This document shows positions 43,622 to 53,437 of a stretch of DNA of 64,000 nucleotides, one piece after another (positions within the stretch are counted from its first letter, which is position 1; each line of letters opens with the position of its first letter). The notes below the pieces were generated by a model. The model saw only the letters and a program-made list of their open reading frames with translations. It made no database searches and was not told where the DNA came from. Both the position numbers and the translations under genes were made by a program. The DNA is taken from the IMG/VR virus record IMGVR_UViG_3300049427_000004, positions 32,001 through 96,000 of that record. The stretch is one strand, 5' to 3'. The stretch is from a virus.

Positions 43622-44968
43622 TTATTCAAACATGCTTCTTAATTCTTCTTGAAAATACTTTCTAATCAATTCTTTACTTTGGTTGGAATTTCTATTTCCT
43701 TGCTCTAGCATAATTTTGTCTAGTTTATTACCAGTTCCTTTTGTATAGTCAATCGTTTCAATTCCTTGAGTAATTAGACTAACAGGAAATTCTAATGATC
43801 CATTATATTTGTCGTAAATCAATTTTGCTAAAATCATAAATCCGCAGTGCATATTGTGATGATTAAACCAGCTTACAGAACGTCTTTTTTTCATGTCTGT
43901 TTTAAAATCTTCTGGGTATGCAGACAAGAAATATCCATAAAACTTTTTCAAGAAATCAGAAATCTCATACATCTCTTTTGTGCTTTCTGGTTTAAAGGTA
44001 ATATTTATTGAGTCAGCAAGTATTGAGTAGTTTGTGATCATATTCAAAGTCTTGCTTACAGTAGTCTTATCTGTTTCTACTCTATCTCTTAGTTCTGGAA
44101 TTTGAATCAAGTTTTTGGTTACTAGACCACCGAAAGAGTCATCTGTATTAAATCTTACTAAGTTCTTATCAAAGCGATTGACAGTATTCAATAATCCGAT
44201 ATGGTAACGAGCCATATTTAAATCATAATTACGAATCGAAACTTCAAATGATCCTTCTAAATCAGGATTCTCTTCCAAAGCTGCCATGGTTCCCATCAAA
44301 CGGTGCATGCCGTCTACAATGTTGAGGTTCGTTCCCTCTTCAATAATCAAATCCCCATCTTCGTATTCATAATTGTCATTTCCATCTGCAAGTATGTTGA
44401 AAGTTAATGTTGACTTAAGAAATTTACCTTCAAGCATTAATCTTGCGATATTATTCACGCTCTTTTTTATTACTGTAGGAGTTTTTTTGATGTTTCCTTT
44501 TGCCATTAACTTTTTCTTAGGTGCTCTTTGTGTTTCATAGTTATACGTCAAAAGACCTGCGTTCCATATCTTTTTAAGTTCTTGGTAAGTGATTAATGTT
44601 AAAAATTCATTGTGAGATGCTCTCAGTACACCTTCAATGACATAGGGAAATTCAAACCTGTCCTCTTGTTTCAGTTTAAGTTTTAATCCTTTTTGAATTT
44701 CTTTCTCGCTAAAAAATAATGTTGGAGCAATTCTTTCGTCTTTAGCAATCACATGCATTGCATGAATAATACAAATTAATTCTTCTTGGGTCAAGAAATT
44801 CAGTTTTTCATTATCATTCATGACTTGATCAAAAGTACCAAAAGTCATTTTGTGCTTCTGTGCGAGATATTCATCGATTTCTCTCAATTTGTCCTTATCT
44901 TTTGTCAAATCTGCAAACACTTCATTTATTGATTCTAAGATGTCTTTCTCTTGTGCTACTTCGCTCAT
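43622..44968 (-). CDS. DGQHR/DndB-domain protein, SPbeta YopQ/SroE-like
   Basis: YNYETQR, IVDGMHRL, IGLLNT; 448 aa; synteny with the YopR-like gene. Confidence 0.75.
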   Translation of the reverse strand: MSEVAQEKDILESINEVFADLTKDKDKLREIDEYLAQKHKMTFGTFDQVMNDNEKLNFLTQEELICIIHAMHVIAKDERIAPTLFFSEKEIQKGLKLKLKQEDRFEFPYVIEGVLRASHNEFLTLITYQELKKIWNAGLLTYNYETQRAPKKKLMAKGNIKKTPTVIKKSVNNIARLMLEGKFLKSTLTFNILADGNDNYEYEDGDLIIEEGTNLNIVDGMHRLMGTMAALEENPDLEGSFEVSIRNYDLNMARYHIGLLNTVNRFDKNLVRFNTDDSFGGLVTKNLIQIPELRDRVETDKTTVSKTLNMITNYSILADSINITFKPESTKEMYEISDFLKKFYGYFLSAYPEDFKTDMKKRRSVSWFNHHNMHCGFMILAKLIYDKYNGSLEFPVSLITQGIETIDYTKGTGNKLDKIMLEQGNRNSNQSKELIRKYFQEELRSMFE

Positions 44969-45217
44969 TTAAACATCTCCTCTGGTTTCACATTTATACG
45001 TTCATTAAACTGCGCAAACATTCTTACTTTAAATATTAACATATTAAGTGCAAAAAATACATAGCTGTTGCTTTGATTAAAAGCAAAAACTACATATTCT
45101 CTAACCACACATTCATTTTTGAGTCTTATACATAAAGTCCTAAAAAGTAACTCTGATAAAGTCAATGTTTATTAAGGGTTTTACGAAGACAAAAAGACGA
45201 TGAATTTCCTCTTTCAT

Positions 45218-46072
45218 CTACTCAAGAAACTCCACAAACACTGGAGTCATCATATTCCCACTTCTCAAAAATCCTCTATGCTTTACTCTACACTTTATCA
45301 CTGGTTGAATCCAAACACTATTTTCGTTCTCACCAGTTTTCAATGTTTCAGCTAAAGGATAAAACTCCTTTTTCTGTTTTGGCGAAATTCCAAACTCAAC
45401 AAAACCTTTTCCTTCATCATTTTTTAGATACCAACCTACACTATCTTTCCTATAACCAGTTATTACACAGTCTGAGTAATACCAGTTAATAATCTTGTAG
45501 AAAACGTCTTTTGGTCTTTTACCAGCCTGATATCGTGAATCTAGACGTTTGGCTACCATACCCTCCAGTTCATGCTGTTTGATTATCTCAAAAAGTATTT
45601 TCCCTTTCTCTGCTACATAAACAACTTTAGTCATATGTGGTTGATTCTCAACAACTTTATCTAAAATTTGTTTGCGCTCCAATAAAGGTAAATTCAAAAT
45701 AGACTTATTTTTATTAAATAGAATATCAAAAACAATAAATGTCGTTGGAAACTTTTTTACTGCAAATTCAACACTGATACTCTTCTTACTTGTTATTCGA
45801 CTCATTACAGCTTCGAAATCCTCTTTTAATGGGTTTTCTGGATCATAACAGACTAATTCTCCATCCAAAATAATACCCTTATCAACCTTAAGAGAAGTGA
45901 TTTCAGGTAAACTTGAAGTTATGTCATTACCATGACGAGTAAAGAGTTTAATTCCATTTTCAGAACTAATCAATTCCAGTCTAACTCCATTTGCTTTGGG
46001 TTCAAAAATAAATTTACTTGAATCAAAAGGAGTTTCACGACTATCAAGTAGCATAGGTTCAATGAACTTCAT
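45218..46072 (-). CDS. ATP-dependent DNA ligase (minimal, LigD ligase-domain type)
   Basis: EPKANGVR (KxxG), ILDGELV, FIVFDIL, EGMVAK, YKI motifs. Confidence 0.9.
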   Translation of the reverse strand: MKFIEPMLLDSRETPFDSSKFIFEPKANGVRLELISSENGIKLFTRHGNDITSSLPEITSLKVDKGIILDGELVCYDPENPLKEDFEAVMSRITSKKSISVEFAVKKFPTTFIVFDILFNKNKSILNLPLLERKQILDKVVENQPHMTKVVYVAEKGKILFEIIKQHELEGMVAKRLDSRYQAGKRPKDVFYKIINWYYSDCVITGYRKDSVGWYLKNDEGKGFVEFGISPKQKKEFYPLAETLKTGENENSVWIQPVIKCRVKHRGFLRSGNMMTPVFVEFLE

Positions 46073-46908
46073 ATAGTTGCTTTCCTTTGTGTTAATTTCT
46101 TCTTAGTTCTTGGCGCTGTTTCTTCAGAAGGGACTATGAGAGGTTTCTTTGTTTTTTCAATTGAAGCCTGAAGCATATCCATTAAATTCGAACCTTCAGA
46201 CTCATTAGAACCAATTTTATCGACTTGATCATCTTCAATTTTTGCATTAATCAAAGTCATCAAATCTGACCTATATTCATTTTGATATTTTGTTGGATCA
46301 AATGAAACTGTCAGCTGCTCTATTAATAACTTTGCTACACTAAGTTCTCTTTCATCAACAGCTTCCTCGGAAATGTTAGGTACATTCTCTACTGGTCTTA
46401 CTTCATCTGGAAAATGAATGGTTTCTAGAATGATTGATTTTTTATATGTCCGTATAACGGCTAGTTGCTGATTTGAGCGCATTGTAATCTTGGCTATACC
46501 AACCTTGTTTGTGTCAGTTAAAACTCTCCTCAAGAGCGAATAGGCACGTTTATGACCATCTTCTGGTGATAGGTAATAACTGTTGTTGAAGTATATAGGA
46601 TCGATCTCTTCAATTTTAATAAAATCAACAACTTCTACATTCTTAGCCTCATATTTATTTTTAAGTTCTTGAATCTCACTATCATCAATAACAACATACT
46701 TATCTTTTGCATATTCATATCCTTTAACTACATTTCCGTCAGCAATAATTATATCTTTTTCAGATGTGGTTTTTACTTGTTTTATTGGTTCGAGCGTGTC
46801 CTTTTGGAGATTTTTAAATTTTATGTCCTTGTCCTCAACAGCACTATGTAACTTCACACTTATGTTTAGAAGACCAAAAGAAATATTCCCTTTCCAAAAT
46901 GTGTGCAT
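46069..46908 (-). CDS. ku: Ku protein (NHEJ DNA-end binding)
   Basis: MHTFWKGNISFGLLNISVKLHSA, KGYEYAKDKYV, IDPIYFNNSYYL, FPDEVR. Confidence 0.95.
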   Translation of the reverse strand: MHTFWKGNISFGLLNISVKLHSAVEDKDIKFKNLQKDTLEPIKQVKTTSEKDIIIADGNVVKGYEYAKDKYVVIDDSEIQELKNKYEAKNVEVVDFIKIEEIDPIYFNNSYYLSPEDGHKRAYSLLRRVLTDTNKVGIAKITMRSNQQLAVIRTYKKSIILETIHFPDEVRPVENVPNISEEAVDERELSVAKLLIEQLTVSFDPTKYQNEYRSDLMTLINAKIEDDQVDKIGSNESEGSNLMDMLQASIEKTKKPLIVPSEETAPRTKKKLTQRKATI

Positions 46909-47020
46909 AAAAATACCACCCTTCAGTTTTACATTTAGGATGGTCTGGTTTTTTATCAAATATTCAATTACGCCTTTATTAATTCTTAATACATTTCTTT
47001 ATTTCAAAGTTACTCAAATA

Positions 47021-47857
47021 TCAATTACTTTGGAAAAAAGTAAAAGAATAATCTGGCTTATTCTTAAAGTTCTTTTTATCGTTCTTCTTTAAGTGTTCCC
47101 AATCCTCGTTCGGATAGAGAAAATTCAAAACTTTGAAAGGGCTGCCTCGGAAAAAATAATGATAAAATTGACTAAGGCCATTTTCTTCAAACACTCTTTT
47201 GGTTGTTCCTGTTTTAATTTGGTCATCTGTCCAAATTAACTTTTCCTTAAATAGCCAGTGAAGTGCCGACTTAATATCTTCTTCACTCCAGTGTTCCATT
47301 GTACCACCAGTGAATTCCCAAATTTTTAGATGGTACTCGGGAAAACAGTATATGAGTAATGAAAATGCACTTGAGCGCATTCTGCCAGTTGCTTTATAGA
47401 GTTCCTGTTTTCTAAATTGAACCATTGCCTCATTGTAGCGTGTTTCTTTTATCATTCCACTATTGAAATTTTCAACTAAATCCTCTCGACTCCACTTCAA
47501 TTCCTCAACAATAAAAAACCTAATAGCTTCTTTAATTGTATTCTCATCCCAGTAAGTTGGGGGAACAGCTCTCAATTCCCAAGCCTTAATTTCCCACTCT
47601 GGAAAAACATCATTTACAATATTTAATGTGTGGTAATTGTAAAATATTTGAGCAGGAGTTGCCAGCCTCCACTTTTTTAAAAATTGGAAGCTCATTTCAT
47701 TAACAAATTCATTTCTGTCATATTTCAACTTCTCAAAAACAAGATATCGTAAACATCTATGAAAATTATCAAGCCCCCCATTTTCCCAAGTTCCCTGAGT
47801 AAATTTAATTCGCTCTTTGTTTATTATTTGCTCGTACATATCAATTAAAGTTAACAT
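47021..47857 (-). CDS. DUF4046-like repeat protein
   Basis: Repeated units RYLVFEKLK, RFFIVEELKW, HWLFKEKLIW and SPFKVLNFLYP. Confidence 0.55.
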   Translation of the reverse strand: MLTLIDMYEQIINKERIKFTQGTWENGGLDNFHRCLRYLVFEKLKYDRNEFVNEMSFQFLKKWRLATPAQIFYNYHTLNIVNDVFPEWEIKAWELRAVPPTYWDENTIKEAIRFFIVEELKWSREDLVENFNSGMIKETRYNEAMVQFRKQELYKATGRMRSSAFSLLIYCFPEYHLKIWEFTGGTMEHWSEEDIKSALHWLFKEKLIWTDDQIKTGTTKRVFEENGLSQFYHYFFRGSPFKVLNFLYPNEDWEHLKKNDKKNFKNKPDYSFTFFQSN

Positions 47858-49236
47858 ACATATTCGCTCCCAACACGAACTACTTCGTCATTTTATTCAA
47901 AGTAATCATCTAGAGCATTTTTGATTACATTCATAGCCTCTTTTATAGACCTCTGTACGAGAAGATTTGATTTCATTTCTTCATAATCTTCTCCGCAATA
48001 TTCAACTTGAATTTGCCCCTTATCATTTCGAACTACTCCTGATACTGTCGCGACAACTTCCCAATTTTCATTAAATCTCGTCCAGTTTTCATGCTCTATA
48101 TCACATTCTTCATCATATATTTCCCATGCCTGTATCGCAATAGAACATTTGAATTCAAACTCATCTGATTCACTATAGTAGTCTAGTGAATCAGATATTT
48201 CAACTTTAGTCCATACTTTCAAATTATTTCCTCCTACGAAATCATCGTTTCAACAACTTCTAATTGAGTCTAGAATTATCATACTCCCTCCAAAAGCATC
48301 CATATCATCGTCCCAATAGATAGCACCAATTTTTGTTTCATTTTCCCAAGCCTCAATGCTAAAATTACATTCTTTTTCTAAAACACTCATTTTCATTGAT
48401 AGAGCCTTTGAGATATCTTTTGTCACTAGTTCAATAAAAGTCTCATCTGCTCCGTCCGCTCTTACTAAGTAAATCAATATTATCACATCCTATAAATCCG
48501 TTATTTAATTGCCTGTATGTTTGTGACTGACAAAATAAAAGCAGCATAATTAAATATTCGATTCTTCTGTTCAGGGCTGATAGATTTTCCTTTATAGGAA
48601 AAATTAATATGAGTTACAGGTGTAGATAATTCACTATGACCCTGTGCTTCCACAACTTTAAAATCATCAAGTGATTCAATAAATCTGTATCCATTGTCAT
48701 ATAGTTTGTCAAATGATTCTAACAACAGGTCATCACTCATATGATCACTCCTTCTTCTTTCTTGGTTTCTTAAATAATGTTTTAGATAAGTCATACGGAT
48801 CGACATCTCTTCTCGTTGTCTTGTGATCTTTTGTATAAATCAAAAGTTTCATCTCACAGTTAATTACTTTCACTTGAAATTCACTCATATACTTCTTACA
48901 CCAAATAAGCCCTGATTCTTCCCTTGGGTTATAGTGTGTTGTAATTTTAAAGTCATTGACGTAAATTTCAAATCTCAAGTTGTAATTAAAACTCAAATTA
49001 CTATTTCCTCCTTGGAGCTTCGTCGCGAATTTATTATGCAATCCTTGATTCTATTTGATTAAATTACGCAATTGATTTATACTACTATACGCCACTCTCG
49101 TCTGAGAGCCGCCAAAAGATTTTTCCATACTACCATAAGCCATGGTTATGGTTTTTATCCTTTTGGAAAGTTAGCTGGGTTGCAGATAAGTTGCAATCTG
49201 GCTTTCTTTTATTATTGGAAGTTCTATCTTAAAGCT

Positions 49237-49731
49237 TTACAATTTTTTAAGTAGATAATTTTGCTGACTAACTGGCATATTCTTAAATAATGTAACCAGA
49301 AGTTTTTTCATTTCTTCTGTGTCCATTTTTTCTACGTTTTTAGTAAACAGATTATGATTAATCTCTCTTTGTTTAGAATTTGGTGCTATCTCTCCTAAAT
49401 CGAAATAATTTAAAATGTGGTTAATGATTAATGTCTGTGCTCCTTCTCCTATTGATCTAAGACGCACCAAATCAAAAAATCTAAGGTTTAATAATCCTTC
49501 TAGAGTTTTAACAGGTTGGACATCATTGACTCCAGACATGAGTGAACCTAGTGCTCGATTTTCATTTGGTGTTCTATTTTCACCAAACAAGTCAACCAGA
49601 GTAATATGTGAATATTCTCCTTGTATATCCAATAGCTCTTTAAATGTTTTATTATCGTAGTTCTTATAAAAATAATTAAAAGTGTAATTGCCCAATGTTG
49701 TCATTCTCCTTTGAATAAAATTCATAATCAT
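49237..49731 (-). CDS. Protein with RNA polymerase alpha-CTD-like motif
   Basis: TLEGLLNLRFFDLVRLRSIGEGAQTLI resembles the alpha-CTD helix-hairpin (TxxDLxxxxxxDLLKxxNxGxKS). Confidence 0.4.
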   Translation of the reverse strand: MIMNFIQRRMTTLGNYTFNYFYKNYDNKTFKELLDIQGEYSHITLVDLFGENRTPNENRALGSLMSGVNDVQPVKTLEGLLNLRFFDLVRLRSIGEGAQTLIINHILNYFDLGEIAPNSKQREINHNLFTKNVEKMDTEEMKKLLVTLFKNMPVSQQNYLLKKL

Positions 49732-49987
49732 TTAATTTTTCAAGAACATCATCAAGATTTTTCGAATCATTCATAGCTGCTTTCATTGAAAGTCAGTTAT
49801 TAATGCACATTACGTTGAGATCCCTGCAAATTCTTAATCTCAAGATTCAGTTGTTTTACACGTTCGTTGATCAATCGTTCGATATATATGTTATCATGCT
49901 TGAAATTAATTAGTGAGTCCAATTCTCTTAGGCATTCATTTAATTTAACTTGCGTATAATTTATGCTCATTCTGTCACCTCGTAAAT

Positions 49988-50431
49988 TCAGGTTTTCTTT
50001 TGTTTAGACAATTCAAGTAGAATATTGTCATATATATTTCTTAGTCTTACCGAGTTGTAAGCTGGATAAGATTCAAAGTCATTTTTACTCTTATTTTGTA
50101 TTGCTATAGCATCATACCAATTCCTACGTTTGGTTATTACGACTTCTTCATTTACATCTGGAAATTGATCGGCAGTCAAATCTATAATAATATCATGATA
50201 CTCAAGCCATGCATGCGACTGTTCTCCTTTAAATCCCCAGACATAAATCACTTCAATTCCCTTTGAATTTAGATATTTAGAAAATAAATCACTTGTGTCA
50301 CCGCAGCACCCACGAGGATAATTATTGAACCAAGATGAATTGATAAACTTCTCTGATGGAATAGAAAGAATTGCTCTACGGAATGATATCCCTAACTCTC
50401 TTAAAGATTGAATTGTTACTTCATTGTTCAA
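49988..50431 (-). CDS. Transglutaminase/papain-like fold protein
   Basis: YPRGCCGDTS...SHAWL...IIDLTADQF (Cys-His-Asp triad order). Confidence 0.55.
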   Translation of the reverse strand: MNNEVTIQSLRELGISFRRAILSIPSEKFINSSWFNNYPRGCCGDTSDLFSKYLNSKGIEVIYVWGFKGEQSHAWLEYHDIIIDLTADQFPDVNEEVVITKRRNWYDAIAIQNKSKNDFESYPAYNSVRLRNIYDNILLELSKQKKT

Positions 50432-50981
50432 TATTGATCAGTCCTCTTTTTGTACTGATAAAACAACTCATTTATTGTAACTTTTTAATTGCTCGATAAT
50501 TCCAGCTATCTCATTTTGTAATGACAGGAAGTCATTCAAATCCCCAGTCAGAGACACTGTACCATCTTCCAAGATTTTAAGTTCAGCAGCATTGATATCG
50601 AGATAGTTGTCAGTATTAACATTCAAATATGTAATATCATAATCTGCATGATTCAGTTCAACTTTTACTTTCATTTTTCCATCCTCCTTCCTCATGGAAC
50701 TAGTATTTCATTCAGATTCCTCATTGTTGGAATCGATATCAATCTTTACTTGTCGTTTCAACCAATCCAAAACTTTTCTGCCATCAGATGCTTTGTAGAA
50801 ATCTAGAAAATCATCAATTTGAACATGGAAAAAATGATCATTAAGATACTCTTCCAGTTTGGAAGCTGTAATATAAAAATAGAAGTCACTAAATTGATTG
50901 TTCGCTATTAACTGGATCTTATCTGACTTATTTCTGCCCATGTTGTTATGTATCTCCCTGTTGTCAGTAATGAAACCTTTT

Positions 50982-51413
50982 TTATGTACTTCCATTATTA
51001 TTACGAACATAATTGTATAATATTTGAGTCTGCCTTTTAGTTAATTTTCTAATACCACACATCAACTGCTCTTGATTGCATAATTCCATGTAATTAATCA
51101 TTTCTTCGTAAGACGCAGGTAGTAGTTCTTCTTTCTTAAATGTAATATGTTTAGATAACTTTGAATAAACTGAATCTCTTTTACTAGTAAGTATTGCATA
51201 GACTCTTCCACTACTAAGATTACAGATCCTTGATATCTCATCAACCGATTTGCATTCAATATAATATAGCCTAAGAATTCCTCTTTGCTCTTCGCTTAAA
51301 TAATCGTTGAAATAGAACAAGTTAATTTGCATTTCATCCCAGTAACGATTGATTAAATTTTGAACCGATCCTAACATCCTACCTTTAGTCTTTCTTCTCA
51401 TGTCTGGGTTCAT
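50982..51413 (-). CDS. Sigma-70 region-4-like HTH protein
   Basis: LSEEQRGILRLYYIECKSVDEISRICNLSSGRVY. Confidence 0.6.
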   Translation of the reverse strand: MNPDMRRKTKGRMLGSVQNLINRYWDEMQINLFYFNDYLSEEQRGILRLYYIECKSVDEISRICNLSSGRVYAILTSKRDSVYSKLSKHITFKKEELLPASYEEMINYMELCNQEQLMCGIRKLTKRQTQILYNYVRNNNGST

Positions 51414-51996
51414 GTTGACTTCTCCTTAAATAATCATTTCCTACCTTTGAAATCCGTGTTTTATCGTATTTTAAATTCTCTATAAAAAGGCCTGCTTGTT
51501 CGCCAGAAACCTTCCATTCCAGAACAAGTGATGAATAGTCCTTCAGTCCGCTTCTCCATTGAAATTCCGAAAATGTAAAAAATAATATTGAACATTTTAA
51601 TCATATCTTTATCACACCTTTTAATCAGATAAATTCAGACTTTTAACCACTCATCTAATGAGTCTTTAACTCCCACTATATAAAGCTGTATCACTTCTTA
51701 AATCAATATCGAGTTCAACTTCACCTTTGTAAAAATCCTTCTTGGTCTTCTTATCCGTCAAATACATTTTAATTGTGCTTCCCTCTCTTACTATGAATAG
51801 ATCATAACCACGCTCACTGAAGCCATCTTCTAACTCATCTAAATCTTTTCCTTTATGCAAAACTCCTAGATTATTTGCCCATCTCCTCAAGTTCTTCATC
51901 ATTTCTTTTTCTAGCTTCTTTAAACTGCTTTCCATTCTTGTTGTCATATAAACATCTCCTCAAATTTAAGTGCATGAAATTAGGTTTTCATTATCC

Positions 51997-52218
51997 TTAA
52001 TTCTCATTAATTTCTGGTGGTGCTTCTGGATGTGCTTTGATAAAAGCAATGTAACGCTCGATCTTATCTTCAGCCATCGGTGCCTTTGACCGTTCGTACA
52101 TATTTATTAGGTTATATGTGCAGCCAACGTATTTGTTAAGATCCCCTCTTAATGGAATTTCCTTTTCTCTTCTTATTTTTCTCCAATAAACATTATCGTA
52201 CTTTGGTGTTTCGCTCAT
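51997..52218 (-). CDS. XRE-like HTH protein
   Basis: WRKIRREKEIPLRGDLNKYVGCTYNLINMYER. Confidence 0.45.
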   Translation of the reverse strand: MSETPKYDNVYWRKIRREKEIPLRGDLNKYVGCTYNLINMYERSKAPMAEDKIERYIAFIKAHPEAPPEINEN

Positions 52219-52346
52219 GTCGTTTACTCCTATTTCTAATATCCTCATATTACCACTTTATACATATAAAACGCAAGAAAAAGATTGCGAATTTTTTAAA
52301 GATTTTTATATTTTATTTTAATATTCGACAACCGCTTTATAAAAAG

Positions 52347-52388
52347 CGAACATGCGTTCTTGATATTTAAAATACCCTATGCTATACT
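52347..52388 (+). promoter_or_regulatory. LexA box plus SigA promoter
   Basis: CGAACATGCGTTCT (52347-52360) abutting TTGATA-N17-TATACT with extended TG. Confidence 0.85.
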
Positions 52389-52443
52389 CTGTACATCGCT
52401 AGTCCTTCACAAAACACATACGTCATTGGGAGATGATACTGGA

Positions 52444-52653
52444 ATGGAAAGAAAAATGTATACAGTAAAAGGAACACTTTCGCTGCCTCTTGAATTTATG
52501 GTAAAAGCAGATTCTCAACAAGCAGCGAATGAATACGCAGAAACAATTTTTAACGATGAATCAATTGCAAAAATGGAAGCAGATTTATATGATAAGAGAG
52601 ATAAAGTACATTATCTACTAGCCGATTCTTGTAAATTCTCTTGGTTTAAATAA
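52444..52653 (+). CDS. Small SOS-regulated hypothetical protein (69 aa)
   Basis: RBS GGGAG, ATG at 52444; own promoter and terminator; opposite strand to its neighbours. Confidence 0.7.
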   Translation: MERKMYTVKGTLSLPLEFMVKADSQQAANEYAETIFNDESIAKMEADLYDKRDKVHYLLADSCKFSWFK

Positions 52654-52665
52654 TCCATCTCCCCA

Positions 52666-52701
52666 ACCTGTTATGAGTCGCCCTACTCTGACAGGTTTTT
52701 T
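52666..52701 (+). terminator. Intrinsic terminator
   Basis: ACCTGTTA...TGACAGGT followed by a T run. Confidence 0.65.
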
Positions 52702-52975
52702 ATCGTTTATAGACTACTTCACCCGTTTCCCTGTTAAAAACCCTTTGGTTTCTCGCGCATATTATTTTTAACGCTTCTAGGTCATTACTACACCTTTTTG
52801 TATTTATCCAAATGTCTAATCGAGCTTTTTCATCTTTCTCCAATCTCTGAATGCAATACTTCAATTGCTTATTCATCTTCTCGCCCACTTTCTTTAGTCT
52901 TATCTAGGCTGACTGTTGTTATGTATAAAGTAGGTAATTTAATGGAATTAATTTTAATATTTCATTTAATTGTGA

Positions 52976-53437
52976 TTAAAAAATGACAGCTTTAAACACT
53001 TCTAATACTACGTTTGTCATTCCGTCAGCGAATGTTTTAATGTACTTTAAGGCTTCCTGTGGGTCAATATAGCGACCAATAGTATTAATCACACTAAGAT
53101 GCAAATGACTTCCAAAACTTCTGCCACTAGCCCCACAAAGCCCAATAATATCACCTTTATCAACAACTTCTCCAACCTTGACAGTAATCTTAATCAAATG
53201 ACCATATATAAATTGATAACCCTGATCTGTTTTAATGAAGATTCCATTACCAAGGCCGACACCTTTAGGGGTGTTTACTATCTTATCAACAATTCCATTA
53301 GTAAGAGAATGGATCGGATTTCCTGTTTTGCAAGCAAAATCTATTCCTTTATGCCCATAAGGATGATACTTATCTATTGAACCCCATTCCGAGGTAACTG
53401 TGCCAGTTGGTGATAAAATAAACTTCATCTCAGTCAC
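52976..53437 (-). CDS. M23-family peptidoglycan endopeptidase
   Basis: HKGIDF (HxxxD), YGHL, GSHLHL (HxH). Confidence 0.9.
   Translation of the reverse strand: MTEMKFILSPTGTVTSEWGSIDKYHPYGHKGIDFACKTGNPIHSLTNGIVDKIVNTPKGVGLGNGIFIKTDQGYQFIYGHLIKITVKVGEVVDKGDIIGLCGASGRSFGSHLHLSVINTIGRYIDPQEALKYIKTFADGMTNVVLEVFKAVIF

Noticed and set aside
40000-48000. Arbitrium aimR/aimP near the YopQ/YopR-like genes
   Set aside because: No TPR receptor or secreted peptide gene with the aimP layout is recognisable here; it could lie outside the window.
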